Part shown: positions 10,221 to 22,403 of the stretch, one piece after another
Numbering within the stretch: the stretch's first letter is position 1
How the letters are laid out: the number at the start of each line of letters is the position of its first letter
Source: Obrimoposthia wandeli
Taxonomy: Eukaryota
Length of the DNA: 64,000 nucleotides
Direction: 5' to 3'
Assembly (NCBI GenBank): GCA_977020255.1
Contig: CDROCS010000453.1
Location: 1-64,000, forward strand
Notes under the pieces: generated by a model
What the model saw: the letters and a program-made list of their open reading frames with translations, nothing else
The model's database searches: none
Told to the model about the DNA's origin: nothing
Translations under genes and position numbers: made by a program

Positions 10221-11490
10221 TACCATTACGTGATCTGCATCCATTAAAATATGGCTCATACATCTCTGAAATGTTGCTGGAGCTCCGGTTAATCCAAATG
10301 GTAAGACATTGAATTCATACAATCCTTCTCCTGTTGAGAAAGCTGTTTTATATTTATCTGACTCCTCAATTTCTATTTGCCAGTATCCACTCTGTAAATC
10401 TAAAGTTGTAAATACTTGTGCATTTTTCAGTTTGTCTAATATTTCATCAATTCTTGGCAGTGGATAAGTATCTTTGTGAGTGACTTCGTTTAGTTTTCTG
10501 TAATCTACGCAAAATCTCAAAGAACCATCTTTCTTTTTTACTAAAACGACAGGTGATGTCCATGCAGAAAAACTTCTTCTAACAATTTCATTTCTAACAT
10601 TCCTTTTATTTGTCTTTGAGCCTCATCTCTGTAGGCATATGGAATTCGGTAGGGTCGTTGTTTTATTGCGGTGTTTGTTGTTAACGGAAGATTATGTTTT
10701 ATCAAATTTGTTCGACCTAAATCGTATTCATTTTTAGCAAATATTACATCATATTTTTCTGTTAAAGTTTTAAGTTTTGATTTTTCATAATCATTTAATT
10801 TAATATCGTTAAAATTTATCGTAGATTTATCTTCTATTTTTTCATTATCTATTAATTCAATATTTTCAATAACACTTATTTTTCCAAGACGTACTCCTTC
10901 CTTGAGATGAATTTCATTAATGTCTGCATTTAGGATTCTGATTGGTATTGTGTTGTTTTTTATTTTACAAATTATATTTGCAAAACGTAGTTCAAGGTTT
11001 CTTGTTGATATTTATAAGGCTCAAATAATACATCTTTTCTGTGATTATGTTAGTTTCTAGTTGTAACATTGTTTCTGTTCTTGGTTGGAGAATGATATCT
11101 CCTTTTATTTCTAACTCGTATTCATCTTTGGCGTTAGATCTGTAAATGTATTTTATTTGATTTTTCAAAATCAAAGTGGAAATTATTTCCTAATCTTCTT
11201 AATGTATCTATTCCTATGATCATTTGGCAAGGACAATTTTTCATTATTCTTGTAGGTAATTTTATGAATTTATATCCTATTTTAAAAAGACAGTCTAATT
11301 TTCTTATTATATCTACGGGTTGACCGTTTGCTGCTGTGACTTGACTATTTTCCTTAAGAAGAAGTAATTTTTTGTTGTGTTTTAAGAAAGATTCGTCTAA
11401 AACTGTTACGCTTGATCCTGTGTCAATTATAAGCTTTAAGTTTATATTCGTTAATTTCTACCTTTACATATGGTCGTTTATCGTTATCTT
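10221..11490 (-). pseudogene. pol: Pol, 5' part: aspartic protease, spacer, RT N-terminal half
   Basis: KRPYVKVEINEYKLKA(fs)IIDTGSSVTVLD (protease, DTG ~11417-11425). Then KQRPYRIPY, SPVVLVKKKDGSLRFCVDYRKLN, YPLPRIDE, LDLQSGYWQI, KTAF and FNVLPFGLTGAPATFQR. Confidence 0.95.
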
Positions 11491-11669
11491 TTGATTTATT
11501 GTATATATTGTTGGTGCAGTTGATTTTTGTATAGTTGTTTTATCTATATATTTTTCTAAATCAGGATATTGTGAAGATTCCGTTTTTTCTGTTTCTTTGG
11601 TACTTGTAATTTTTTGTATATTTGTTTCTCGCATTTCATTTGATAATGTGTTTACTATGTTTTGATGAT

Positions 11670-13544
11670 GATTAAAAATAAGGAATTTTGCCAAAAATGG
11701 GAAACATCCTAAGATTAATTTCCATGTTAATCCTCCAACTTTATAAATATAATATGTTGATAAAATTTGACTTAGAAGAATCTTAAACAAATTAATAGAG
11801 CATATATTCCAACTAATCCAGAAAATGCTTGTCCAAAAATTAAAAATTTACCCCATATTTTTGACATGGTGTTTTTAGTGGCTTTTATAAAATGATTTGG
11901 AGAAAGTAATAAGTCGTAATCGGGACGGCTAATTCCGTCAGGTACTGATCTTTCTATGATTTGTGTTAAAATTCTGGATCTTATTTGTGGAAATAAAATT
12001 TATTTTCTTAACTTATCTATATCTTCCTGTATATAAATTCCTTTTTGTGTTTAATTCGTTATCTGATTGTATATTGATGTCGTTGCTGAGAGTGGTTAAT
12101 TGTAATTTTTGTGGTTCTGCGACAATATCTCTTCTTGGAAGTGAAATCCAAATATCTTTTGAAATTTGATAATGAAGTGCCATTATGTTTGAGCAGTTTA
12201 TTTCTTTTATGCTAAAAGTGTTAAAAAGTATAAATTTAGTGATTGGTTCTACAAATAATGAATTATTTTTGTAAGAAATTGGTAATTCTTTTGTACATTT
12301 TTGATGATTTCTTATGTTAACTATTACTTTTTTACATTGATAAGTGTATAACACTTCTCCCATTACTCTTCCAAAAGTACCGTCAGCTAATGGTAATAAT
12401 GGTGTTATTAATTCTGGGTTAGTTGCAATAATTGCCAATTTCGTTTTTAATATTTCCTGATTTAATTTACAATCATTCATTATAGTTTCTCTATATATTG
12501 CTTCTATTGTCATTAGTCCTTTGTGATAAAAATAATCTAATTTATTGTTAAAATAATCATAATTTTTAATATCAAATTTAGTTGGTGTCGTTTTTGCATT
12601 ATGTATTTTTTCATTACTTAAATATATTCCTTTATATTTAGTTGTATAAAGAGAGTGTCCACATCGGGATTCCTCTTTCTTTTTAATAAATCGCATTCCT
12701 GAACCTTGTTCAATAGACATTAATATAGTTGGAGTTGGTGTTTTACGTATTTTTCTAGTTCTATATATTTTGTGTATGTCCTTTGGAATTTGTTGATCTA
12801 GTTCCGGATCATCTCTAAATCTTTTTCCTTGAATTATTTGAAAAGTTTCTGATTTTAAATGTATTAATTTACATTGATCGATTTTTACTTTGTAGTAAAG
12901 TATTGAAGAACCCGTGTTACAGTGACCTATGTTTGCTTCACAAAATGGCATTGTTACCATTGTGTTTGTAGAAGGGTCGAATGTTGCTTTGAAAGTTCTT
13001 AGTTCGACTTCAAAATTTTTAATAACTACTAAACCACTTTGCTTAACTCCCATTACTACATAAGTTCCTGTTGTACATTCTCCATCAGATTTAATCGTAC
13101 CTACAACTGATATCATTTGTTGAATTATTTTATTTTTCGCCGCTCGGACTTTAATTTCTCTATCTATTCTCCTGTTGCGAAAGCATCTTTACTATTAAAA
13201 GCGTCAACTATTATTGGTGTTTTTCCTAATGCTGGTTTTACTATTGAATTGTGACTATGTTGTCCACAATATGTTATAAATGTCTCTACATGTACTCTAC
13301 ATTCGAAAACTTCTGCATATATGAAATCTGTTTCCTGATATACTTGATATAACTTAGTATTTTGGATTTTTACCTCATTTGGGTCAGCGTCTGCACATTG
13401 CTGTAAATCCATTAAAGAATATTTATTTTGGATTTTATATTTTGAACAATCATATGCTTCTAAAGCATTAATTGGTTTTATCATGTTCATAATTAGACAT
13501 ATTATTAATATTATCTGAATAATTTTCCATAATTTTTTCATCAT
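11670..13544 (-). pseudogene. env: Envelope glycoprotein, chuvirus-G / herpesvirus gB-like class III fusion protein type, located between gag and protease
   Basis: Signal-like MMKKLWKIIQIILIICLIMNMIKPINA, then AYDC...SLMDLQQC, FECRVHVETFITYCGQHSH, VGTIKSDGEC, C..NIGHC, CKL....LKTKLAI..TNP, GEVLYTYQCKKVIV..R...CTKELPISY....FVEPIT and C......YQI...W. The membrane region is WGKFLIFGQAFSGLVGIYALL. The cysteine spacing matches my recollection of chuvirus-type G proteins. Frameshifts at ~13164, ~12013 and ~11790. Confidence 0.8.
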
Positions 13545-15350
13545 TTTATTAAGATTATTTGTATGGTTAAAAATTTTAGTTTTTTGATTTTCTATTGTTT
13601 TACGATTTTTCTTGTGTTTTACTTTCTTTTCTTGTGTTTGAGTAGTTTGGTTTGTTTTTGTGATTGTATATTTATTTTTTTGTAATGTCAAACAACCATC
13701 TCTAAACATGTCTCCAAATTCGGATTGTAAGTTTGTTCTATCTGTTTGTGGTTCACTGTTATGGCATTGTTGGTGTATTTCTCTGTAACGATTATCCATT
13801 TCTTTAAGTCGTAATTTTAACAATGCTAATTCGTCTGTGTTTGGAGTTGTTTCTGTATTTTCTATAGTGTGAATAGGGTTTCTTGGGGTATATTGTTGAT
13901 CTTGAGTACTGAATTGTACTGTTTTTTGAACTTGTGGTTGCTGTTTTATTATTGTGTTTCCAAATTGATTCATCATTGTGTTTAATTTTCCACAGTCATC
14001 GGTGTTGTGATTTTTCATATTACAAATCTTACAAAATTTTGTATCATTATTAAAATATCTATTTTGATTATTGTCATAATTATTTGGTTTATTGAAGTTA
14101 TTATTCCTTGGTAGTGTATTATTACTCTGTCTATTTATTAATTTTCTACAAGTTTCAATTGTGTGATTGTCTTTTTTGCAAAATCTGCAAAATTTTATGT
14201 TACTTAATTTTCGACAATTTTCTATTGTATGGTTTTGGAGTCCACAATTTGTGCATTTTTGAAAAGATCTTTGTGTAAATTGTGAGTATGCAAAATTTCT
14301 GTTTGTCTGGTTTCTATAAAATTTATTTATTGGCGGTCTAAATTGTTGAGGATTTTGAAAATTATATTGAGTATCTTGGTTAAAATTCCTAGATTGGTTG
14401 TAGTTTCGTGGCATTTCTATTTTTTCAAAAGATAATGCTGAAACTTGGGTTTGCTGTATCATATTCAGTCTTGCTTCTACTAGTTGAGCTTTTCCTATAG
14501 CCTGTTGAAAGTTTTCTACTTCTAGTAATGCAGGGTGATCTCTAATTTTGTTATTTAATCCATGTAAAAATTGATGTAAAAGTAATCGTTCTCTTTGTGC
14601 TTCTTCTATTTCGGGAAAAGATTTTAATGCAAGTCGTCGTAATTCGACTGCGAATATATTTGTGGGTTCCCCTACATGTTGCTCTCGTTGTCTAAATTGA
14701 TTTAAGTAGTTCTGGTCGGACTGTGCTCCTAAAACCATATTTTGGAAATGCTGGACTAAGTGTTCCCATGTGTCTTTTTGCAGATTTATTAGTCCTCTAT
14801 AAATGGTTAGGGCAGTGCCTTTTAGGTATGCTGGAAAAACTTTAAGTTTTTCTAGGTCTGTCCATTCGAATGCTTGAGCAAAAGAATCATATCTATTCAA
14901 GAATTCTGGTAAAGATGATTTATCGCCATTAAATGCGTCTAGTGGTATGTTTAATCTATGATTTGCCATTTGAGGTACTTCGTTTATTTGTTCGTTATTT
15001 ATTTCTATGTTAGGTGGTACTGGTTCTGCCACTGTTTCTGATTTTTCTGACGAGTTGTCTGAGTCAGATGTTTGTGGTAAGGATAAACTTTCTGTATCTG
15101 AATTTGATGTTAGGTTTTGGTTTTCAGAGTCGGTTGAAATTAAGCGATCCGTGTGTTGGTGAACTAACGTAGTTTCAGGGAAAAATTCGTTATTTGTTCT
15201 AAAATTTATCTGGGATTTAGGTCTCTGTGGTAGTGTTTCGCTTGTGTTAGTTCTTACCAATCTAGTCTGAATGCGTCTCCAGTGAAGATTAGCACTACGT
15301 TTAGATTTTGAAATCTTTGTGTATTGTTCACTATTATCCTGCGTACTGGG
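13545..15350 (-). CDS. gag: Gag with three CX2CX4HX4C zinc knuckles, in the same ORF as the env signal peptide
   Basis: Capsid-like region (FNGDKSSLPEFLNRY..FAQAFEWTD..KL..FPAYLKGTA...YAVELRRLA-like FAVELRRLA...QFLHGL). Knuckles CTNCGLQNHTIENC, CRFCKKDNHTIETC and CKICNMKNHNTDDC at ~13990-14255. The frame is open from ~15360 to 13164; the true start codon is not recovered. Confidence 0.9.
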
Positions 15351-16419
15351 TCGAAAATTAATTTATGTGTTTATATATTGTTGTCTAGTTTTGTTGAAAA
15401 CGATTAAATAAATTTTATATTTTAAATAAATGAAATTTTTTTTAAAAACAGTCAGGAATTATTTCTGCTCTGTGATCAAAATACAGCTCGGCGTTATGAT
15501 AATCGATTACCGTGATTTGAACTGCACTTTCAACCAAAGTAATAGAAAAATTTAACGATGAAACTCCAAAAAATCTGAGTTAAAACTTGTTGCGAGTGTG
15601 GGAAGATGCTGATACCGCACCAATCAGCCAAAATTTAAAATATGCCTTGCTCAATGCAGTGTTGAATGAGTTCTTGGCGGAACTTGTTACTCCTCAACGG
15701 CAACAGCAATCATCACATCAGTATCCTCTTTTCCAGATGCAACATGATGCTAAAATATTTGTTTCTAATTCGCTAGTGTTTATTGAACTAATATTTGTCT
15801 TGACTTTTTATGTCAGGTAGGAGAAAAGTAAATGGAACATTTCTTATACATTTGACTTCGTCAAAAGATTAATATTAATAATAAAAAAATTGTCAGAAAT
15901 AAAAAGTAGTAACATCAAGAACCACATAATCAAATAGAGAAACTCCAAATTACAGCGTTTTTCGTAACGTTTTTTATAGATTTTTGTGGGCCATTCAAAC
16001 AACATATAATGGGAAAATAAAATAATTGCTATAATTGATCAATTCAGTTCTGAACACAGTCAAAGTTTAAAACAACAGCAACACAAATTATGAACAATTG
16101 AATTCTTAAATTTGGAGCTCCGAAAAAAAACACATTATGAAGGAAAGAAATAATTCTAATCAGATTTAATGAAAGAGCTAGCAAAGATAATTTAAAATTA
16201 TATTATCATTTTCAAGTCTACATCATCATTCAAGTAATGGATTAGTCGAAAAACAAATTCCGAACAATCAAAGTTTTTTTTTTGAAAATATATTCTAAGG
16301 TGAACTGGCAATGACGGGTTATAAAGGCGTCTGGGCATCTCTGGATTAGAACAATAGAATAAGTATCGATACACGCCCTCCGAAACACGAAATATACGTT
16401 TAATAATAAATATCAATAC

Positions 16420-19400
16420 ATCTGTTAAGGTCCCGAAACGGAGATTTTATCAAATTTAAATTGGCTATATTTATAGTACTGCCCAAGGTAATTTTAGGAA
16501 CCTGGAAAATTAAAATTAAATAAAAAATCTAAATTGAAAAGGGAAAATTATCAAAAAAACAAGAATTAAATAACTGCATGTTGAGAAATGGAGGAGTTAA
16601 TTAACCTCAGGTGATCTCTAACTCTATTATTAATATAGTCACCAGAGGCAATAAAAAGAACGAATTGTAGTAGCCGAGTGACTCAACATTTCTAGTAGGA
16701 CGGTGTTTGAAGGCAGTGTGTCGACAGAAATCTGCAACTTCCAGAATTTAAAGAGCCTAATTGGTCTACAAATTTTATAAAAGAAGAAACGCGATTTGAC
16801 TTCAACACAAATTTATATCGACAGAAGAACATTGTCGTTAAGATCGATGACAAAATTATATCGAGAGATAAAAGAAAATACTATTAATCATCAATCGACA
16901 AGTGACAAGAAGCCCTCATTGACACAAATTTTTATAAAACTACATCAACATAATATTATTTAAACTAAACTAAATTTTAATAACCTGTACTGGTAACAAT
17001 TTTCATATAGTTAAAATCACTGACCAGTAACGGTCACTGCCTTGTCTATGTCCAAAGCCCGTCAGTAGGATTAGGAACAAGCACACATATATAGCTGGAG
17101 TTGTGATGCTGTTTGTATAACAAAATTATTGAAGTGACATTTATAAACAGTTTTAGTATTGTACCAAACAACCCAATCGCTTTATTATAACATTTTTATC
17201 GACCTGTCATTAGTGGAATATCTTATCAAAGCGATTTGCGTTATATACTTTGACCATTTAGAAGATAAGTAGATATATGTTGTGAGGCACATAACCACAG
17301 AAAATAACTCAGTAATCAATAGTGAGCAAAACATAACCGTATAATACCCTATGATATAAATTACCCTTCAGACGTATTGAAACAATGCAGGTAGACCTTC
17401 CACACAAGTCCTATAATTCCTAAGAATTCGCGCATCAGAGGGTTCCCTAAGAAGTGAAACAACTTTGGTTCCAACACACCAAGCATTCTAATAATGAAAA
17501 TATTATATATAAAACTTACAGTTATTTAAAAGTGTTAGGATGAAGAAAAAGAAAAAGAATAAATTGGTTATTTATAGTAGATGAATAACCTTCATACTTA
17601 AGGTTACAAAAGAATAAAATAAAAATTATAAATTATCTACAAACAAAATAAAATTAAACTGTAAAACTACGACCTTGATAGGCCATGAAAATGAGTATAT
17701 AAGTGTAAAAACAATGTAAAAAAGGGCGGGGAAACAAAAGTAAGTTGAAGTCGACGAGAAAAAATGACAACATCTTAGCGAATCAAGACAGTAAAGTAAG
17801 TCAATTGTGAAGATATTCACATAGTTAATCCTGATCAACCTGTCAGGAAGTCACATCGAGCGTATCCGGCTGCTCGTACATAGCTGGGAATTCGAACACC
17901 AGTACGAGTAAATATAAAAAGGTGAACGTAATAATTAATTTACTAGTTAGTAGGTGACAACTGAGCGCTTCGTACCAGGACGAATTGGAATCGGAATTTT
18001 ATAGACAAGGAAGTGACAACTGAGCACTTCATACCAGTGTTGATAATAATAAATATAGTAAAAAACTGTGTGAACTCAACTTCTAATGTTGTCCCACGAA
18101 TTAAATCGACTCCCGGTTGAGAGCGACTGAGCTACAGTTTGAGGCTAAGACATCATCTAGTTAGATGTAGATCTGTATTCCGGTTATCGGAAATAGTAGA
18201 AGTAGAACAGATTTGTCAGGCTTAATTTTACCCAATTTCTTGGTCTAGACTTAGTCAGACTATTTTTGAAGTTAAAATCACATTCGATCTAACCGGCTAA
18301 TTAATACAGACCTACATTATATTGTTAGGATTAGGATTTTTAATATTTTTTGAAAATAATTAGTTATTAATAAAGAAATTAAAACCTTGAAAGTAAGGTT
18401 AAAATAAAATAAAATTGAAATATAATTTAAAATTAAATATAATAAAATCATCAAGTATTTTAGGAACTTGAATATGTCAAGTGTTTAATGCGTTGTATAT
18501 AAGGGAAAGTTTAGGGCTCCAACGGGACAAAAGTAATTAAGCCACCTAAGAGAAGAGAAGAAGAGAAATTAAGAAGAAAATCAACAGTCAACAGAATAAG
18601 AGTAATTAAGAAGAAAATCAACAGAATCTCCAGTAGCACTTACTTAGGTCGTGTTCAGGACAATTCCATTAGTGCCACTTAGCGCCACTACACGTTCTCC
18701 AGAACAACAAGAAAACACTGCGAACCAACTGCCGATAGCCAGACTGAAAGGTGAGTGCACATAAACTAAGTGCAAATTAATTGTTTTATTTAGACCTATA
18801 AAAGAAAAGATACTTACCCCAAAAGCACAGAGTTGCTGAGAAAAGGAGAGCTAATTTTAAAAGAAGAATTACTTACACCAAAGACAGATTGCGGAAAAAT
18901 GAAGATTTTATTATAAATTTGTTGAATTCAAAGATTAAATGAAGATTTGTTCATAAAAAAAGATTGTGAAATCAACAAACGCGCCGAGAAAAAGGTGAGA
19001 TAGATAAACGAGTTCTCTCATTGTAGAATCGATAAAAATAAGGCAAATTAAAGAAGTTATAATTTTACTTTTCAGATAGACGTGCCAAGAAAAAAGGTGA
19101 GAACGAGAAAGATTTTGAATTAAACTAAAATATACTGAAAGAGTTTGAATTTTAAAGTGAGAACGAAAATGATTTTGAATTAAACCGATTTTGAATTAAA
19201 CTAAAAGATACTGAAAGATTTTGAATTTTAAAGCGAGAACTAAAAGATAAATTGCGTTTTATATAAAAGATATTTTGCGTTGATTTAAAGATTTTTGCGT
19301 TTCAATTAAAAGATAATTTGCGTTTTGACTAAAAGAAATTGTAATTTGAAATAAAGAGTATAGAACTCGTAAATTTGTTAGACCGATTAAAATCGATACG

Positions 19401-19940
19401 CTAAGACATCGTCCGTTTTTGTGACGTTTGTTGCAGTAGTTAGGACTAATTGTTGTAATTTTTAGGAACCTAGTTGGAGTGAGATTAAAGAATAAAGTTT
19501 TCCTACAATTAAGAAATGTTTAGTTGAAAAAACCCCTACAACCAGGCAAATACCAACTCTCCATACATTATACCACAATTAGGGAAGTTTTCCAGTACTC
19601 CGTGCACACAACTCTTTACACATCTCCACAACACAGATTGAAAACAAAACCTTCAGATAAGAAATTGAGACAGGTAAGAAGATTTAAATAGGCCACGAAC
19701 AACTGCAAGCCCTTTTGCTATAGAACTCACGTTGGGGGCCTCCATACGACGATCTATCTAGTAGTTTAATATAGAAACCCCAACAATATCACAATAGTTT
19801 TTTATGGATATCACAGTTAATTGTACACTTACATTCCACAATACACCTTCAGAAAGATTCAATTATGTAGGCCTAGTATATCAGAAAGACCTATTGATAT
19901 AGGACTCCCGTTGGGGGCCTCCATACGAGGATTCTAGATA
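16420..19940 (+). repeat. Unclassified repeat-like segment, A-rich on the plus strand, with internal sub-repeats
   Basis: Duplicated motifs: GACAACTGAGC(G/A)CTTC(G/A)TACCAG (~17956 and ~18015), ATTAAGAAGAAAATCAACAG x2 (~18568 and ~18606), GATTTTGAATTAAAC repeats, and a 34-bp duplication at ~19720 and ~19899. No recognisable ORF. Confidence 0.35.
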
Positions 19941-20587
19941 GAAATTTATCCGACTTTTATTTTGTAATTATTTTCCTTATGACGACTTTCTTTCTAACGC
20001 TTTTTCTCTTTAACTACTTTTATGTCTTTTATGTTGGACTTTAGTAAGATGAAGTCTATTGTAATTTAAAAAAGGTTAAAACAAATTCAGGATGGACTCA
20101 TTAATCTATTCGCAGACAAAAATTGGAAAATATTTTCAATTACCTCATTTTTTAAAGAATCTACTGACAAAATACACAAAATTCCAAAGTCCAAAATATC
20201 ACAAAAGACAGTGAATAATAACTAAATGATAAATAACACAAACGAATGTACAAAAATAGCAAATCTCTTCATTTTTTACAAATGAGAAAATGGAAAACAT
20301 CAACACAGTTACATGGAAATTCAATTTCCAACTCTGATGGCCTTAGCCACCCCTCCTTCGGTTAGTCAGGCTCTGATTAGTCAAAGCCTGCTAACCAATC
20401 ATGGTGCCGAAAATGTGTGTCATGAATGGCTGAGCTGCAGCAGATGAAATTTGCAGATTGACCTTGACCGGCAGTGTCTCCATGTCTCTGGAATTGCCTG
20501 ATTCTCGGATCGAGCCGTCGCCCCGGTTGTACTCTTCATCTCCGTCACTCAACCTACGTTAATTCTCTGTGTGACCTTGTCGTCATT

Positions 20588-20939
20588 ATGGAAGCAGAGC
20601 TCAAGTGCCCGCACTGTTCACTTTGGTTTCGGCGCTCATTGCTGTTGCCATGTGGGCACAGTGTCTGTCATCAGTGTGCAATGGAGCTCACCAGTGACTC
20701 GGTTGTCCCAAGCAATCCGGTTACTATGACAACCACAGCCACTGTGGCCATGGCAACCGCGACAGCCACATCCAGTGAGCCGGACTCTGACCACCTCAGC
20801 GAGACCAGTGAAGCAGATTCCGGTGTCGTTGTCAGCAGCCATGGAGGCGCTCCCAACAATAGCTCCCTAGCAACGACTACTGCAGCCCCAACAACTACCC
20901 CACAGTCAGCGTCAGTCGGCTCAGCAGCTTCCACTACAG
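20588..20939 (+). CDS. TRIM9: TRIM9/TRIM67-like E3 ligase, coding exon 1 (RING N-terminal half)
   Basis: MEAELKCPHCSLWFRRSLLLPCGHSVCHQCA...SEADSG, matching TRIM9 LKCPVC..LPCSHNLC..CA..SEADSG. Donor CAG|GTGCGT is phase 1, consistent with exon 2. TRIM9 versus TRIM67 is not resolvable here. Confidence 0.88.
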
Positions 20940-22149
20940 GTGCGTCACCCCAGCAAAAAGGAGAGAACAAAACGTATAGATTCAATCTGTTACTTTAACC
21001 ATTTTTAATTAAAAAAAACTGAATACATGCCAAGTATTCGCGAAATAATGATCTTTTCCATTTTTCTATTTGGTAAATTAACATCGAATTATTAATTCAT
21101 AAATGTGATGATAATACTTAAGCAAAATTAAGTAATAATTGTATGACAATGTGTTTTAATAAATTGAAAAAGTTAACTGGTTTCATATGTTTTGTAAAAT
21201 GCTTTTGGAATTGCTTAACTGGGTTTCTATTGTGCTTCGAATAAAATATCTACGATTTATTGGTTCTACGTTATACTAAATCAATGATACACTTACTTTG
21301 TTTTGTACGTAGAAATACTTTCAATCATTACGGGGTGATTTTAAACTTATTTTAGTATTTAATTATATTTTTAAATTTAAAACTGTATCAAAAGTAAAAT
21401 TTAATTTAAGAATTTATACAGTATTGGTAAATTTAATAAAGACAAACCCTATTGATATATTCGACATCATATCTAACAACATTGTAAAATAGTTTGACTA
21501 ACCCAGGATTAGCCGAAATCTTATCTATCTTGCAAATATCTATTATGCGGGAAAACTTGGTTGAAAATGTAAAAATTTAACAGATCAGCAGCTCATGTCC
21601 AGAGTAATTTATTATTAGAATCCGGATGTTAAAGTCCAGAAATTCCCTACCAATGACTCATAAGAAGTAAGCAGCAAAAGGTAGCACACTAATATGAAGT
21701 ACATTTATTTAATTAATTTAATGCAAATTTATAAATACAGTGTATTTTTTCATAATATTTTTTTTATTCAAAGCGGATCTATTAGTCTGAGACTTATATT
21801 CATTCAGCGTCGATTTAGACATTTAAGGAGAAACACAAGTTCCTTAATATGGCACTGGGTATATCGAGAAAAATGCATTGCTGTATTTATTTACTTTGAG
21901 AAGTAATGAATACAACCAATTTCTACTTATACATTACCCATCTTTACTAATTACTACTGTCATCAGCATTTACAATATATAATTAATATTTAGTTTTTTT
22001 TCAGAAATCGGTAAAATAGCGTATTCGTCATCAAAATTGTTTCCTGAATTTATTTAATGTCAGATATAACTTATTTTTACACAAAACGTTACTTAAAGTA
22101 TAGTTGGACTATTTAAACACTTTAAAATGTTTATGCATTATGTTTGTAG

Positions 22150-22403
22150 ATAACCTAGAACATGACCTTGTCAAATTAGGCCACTGTCTCGGTCCGCCCG
22201 TATCCACGGTGATGTGTGTCAACAATCGACCGAGTCAGTACTCGCTGCGCTGTCCCTCGTGTCAGCGTCTCATCCTGCTCGACTCAACCGGTACCGAATG
22301 TCTGGTACGCAATCGCGCTCTCGACCGAGTCGTCATGAGATATCAAGAGAAGATGGCCGGCCCAGATGCCCCAGCAACCGCTGACCCCCTTGTTCTGTGT
22401 CAG
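22150..22403 (+). CDS. TRIM9: TRIM9-like exon 2 (RING C-terminal half to start of B-box1)
   Basis: Acceptor TTGTAG|AT (phase 1). LRCPSCQRLILLDSTGTECLVRNRALDRVVMRY matches TRIM9 ITCPQCHRSLILDDRG...KNRVLEGVIDRY. Donor CAG|GTAGGT is phase 0. Confidence 0.9.

Larger units (their letters stand above)
2155..15360 (-). mobile_element. Large Ty3/gypsy LTR retrotransposon (endogenous-retrovirus-like, env-bearing), decayed and apparently 5'-truncated
   Basis: Continuous minus-strand coding region with an A-rich sense strand: gag, glycoprotein, PR, RT, RH, IN and accessory ORFs. The PR-RT-RH-IN order is diagnostic of Ty3/gypsy. Multiple frameshifts and stops are present. No second LTR copy was seen. 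Confidence 0.9.

Noticed and set aside
19734-19750. TGGGGGCC as a tRNA-Pro primer-binding site
   Set aside because: Complementarity does not extend beyond ~7 nt, it occurs twice, and it is not next to an identifiable LTR end.
19720-19935. CRISPR-like direct repeats
   Set aside because: Only two copies in a eukaryotic context, with no array or cas genes.
15360-20300. 5' LTR partner of 2155-2864
   Set aside because: No similar sequence was found by eye anywhere in the window.
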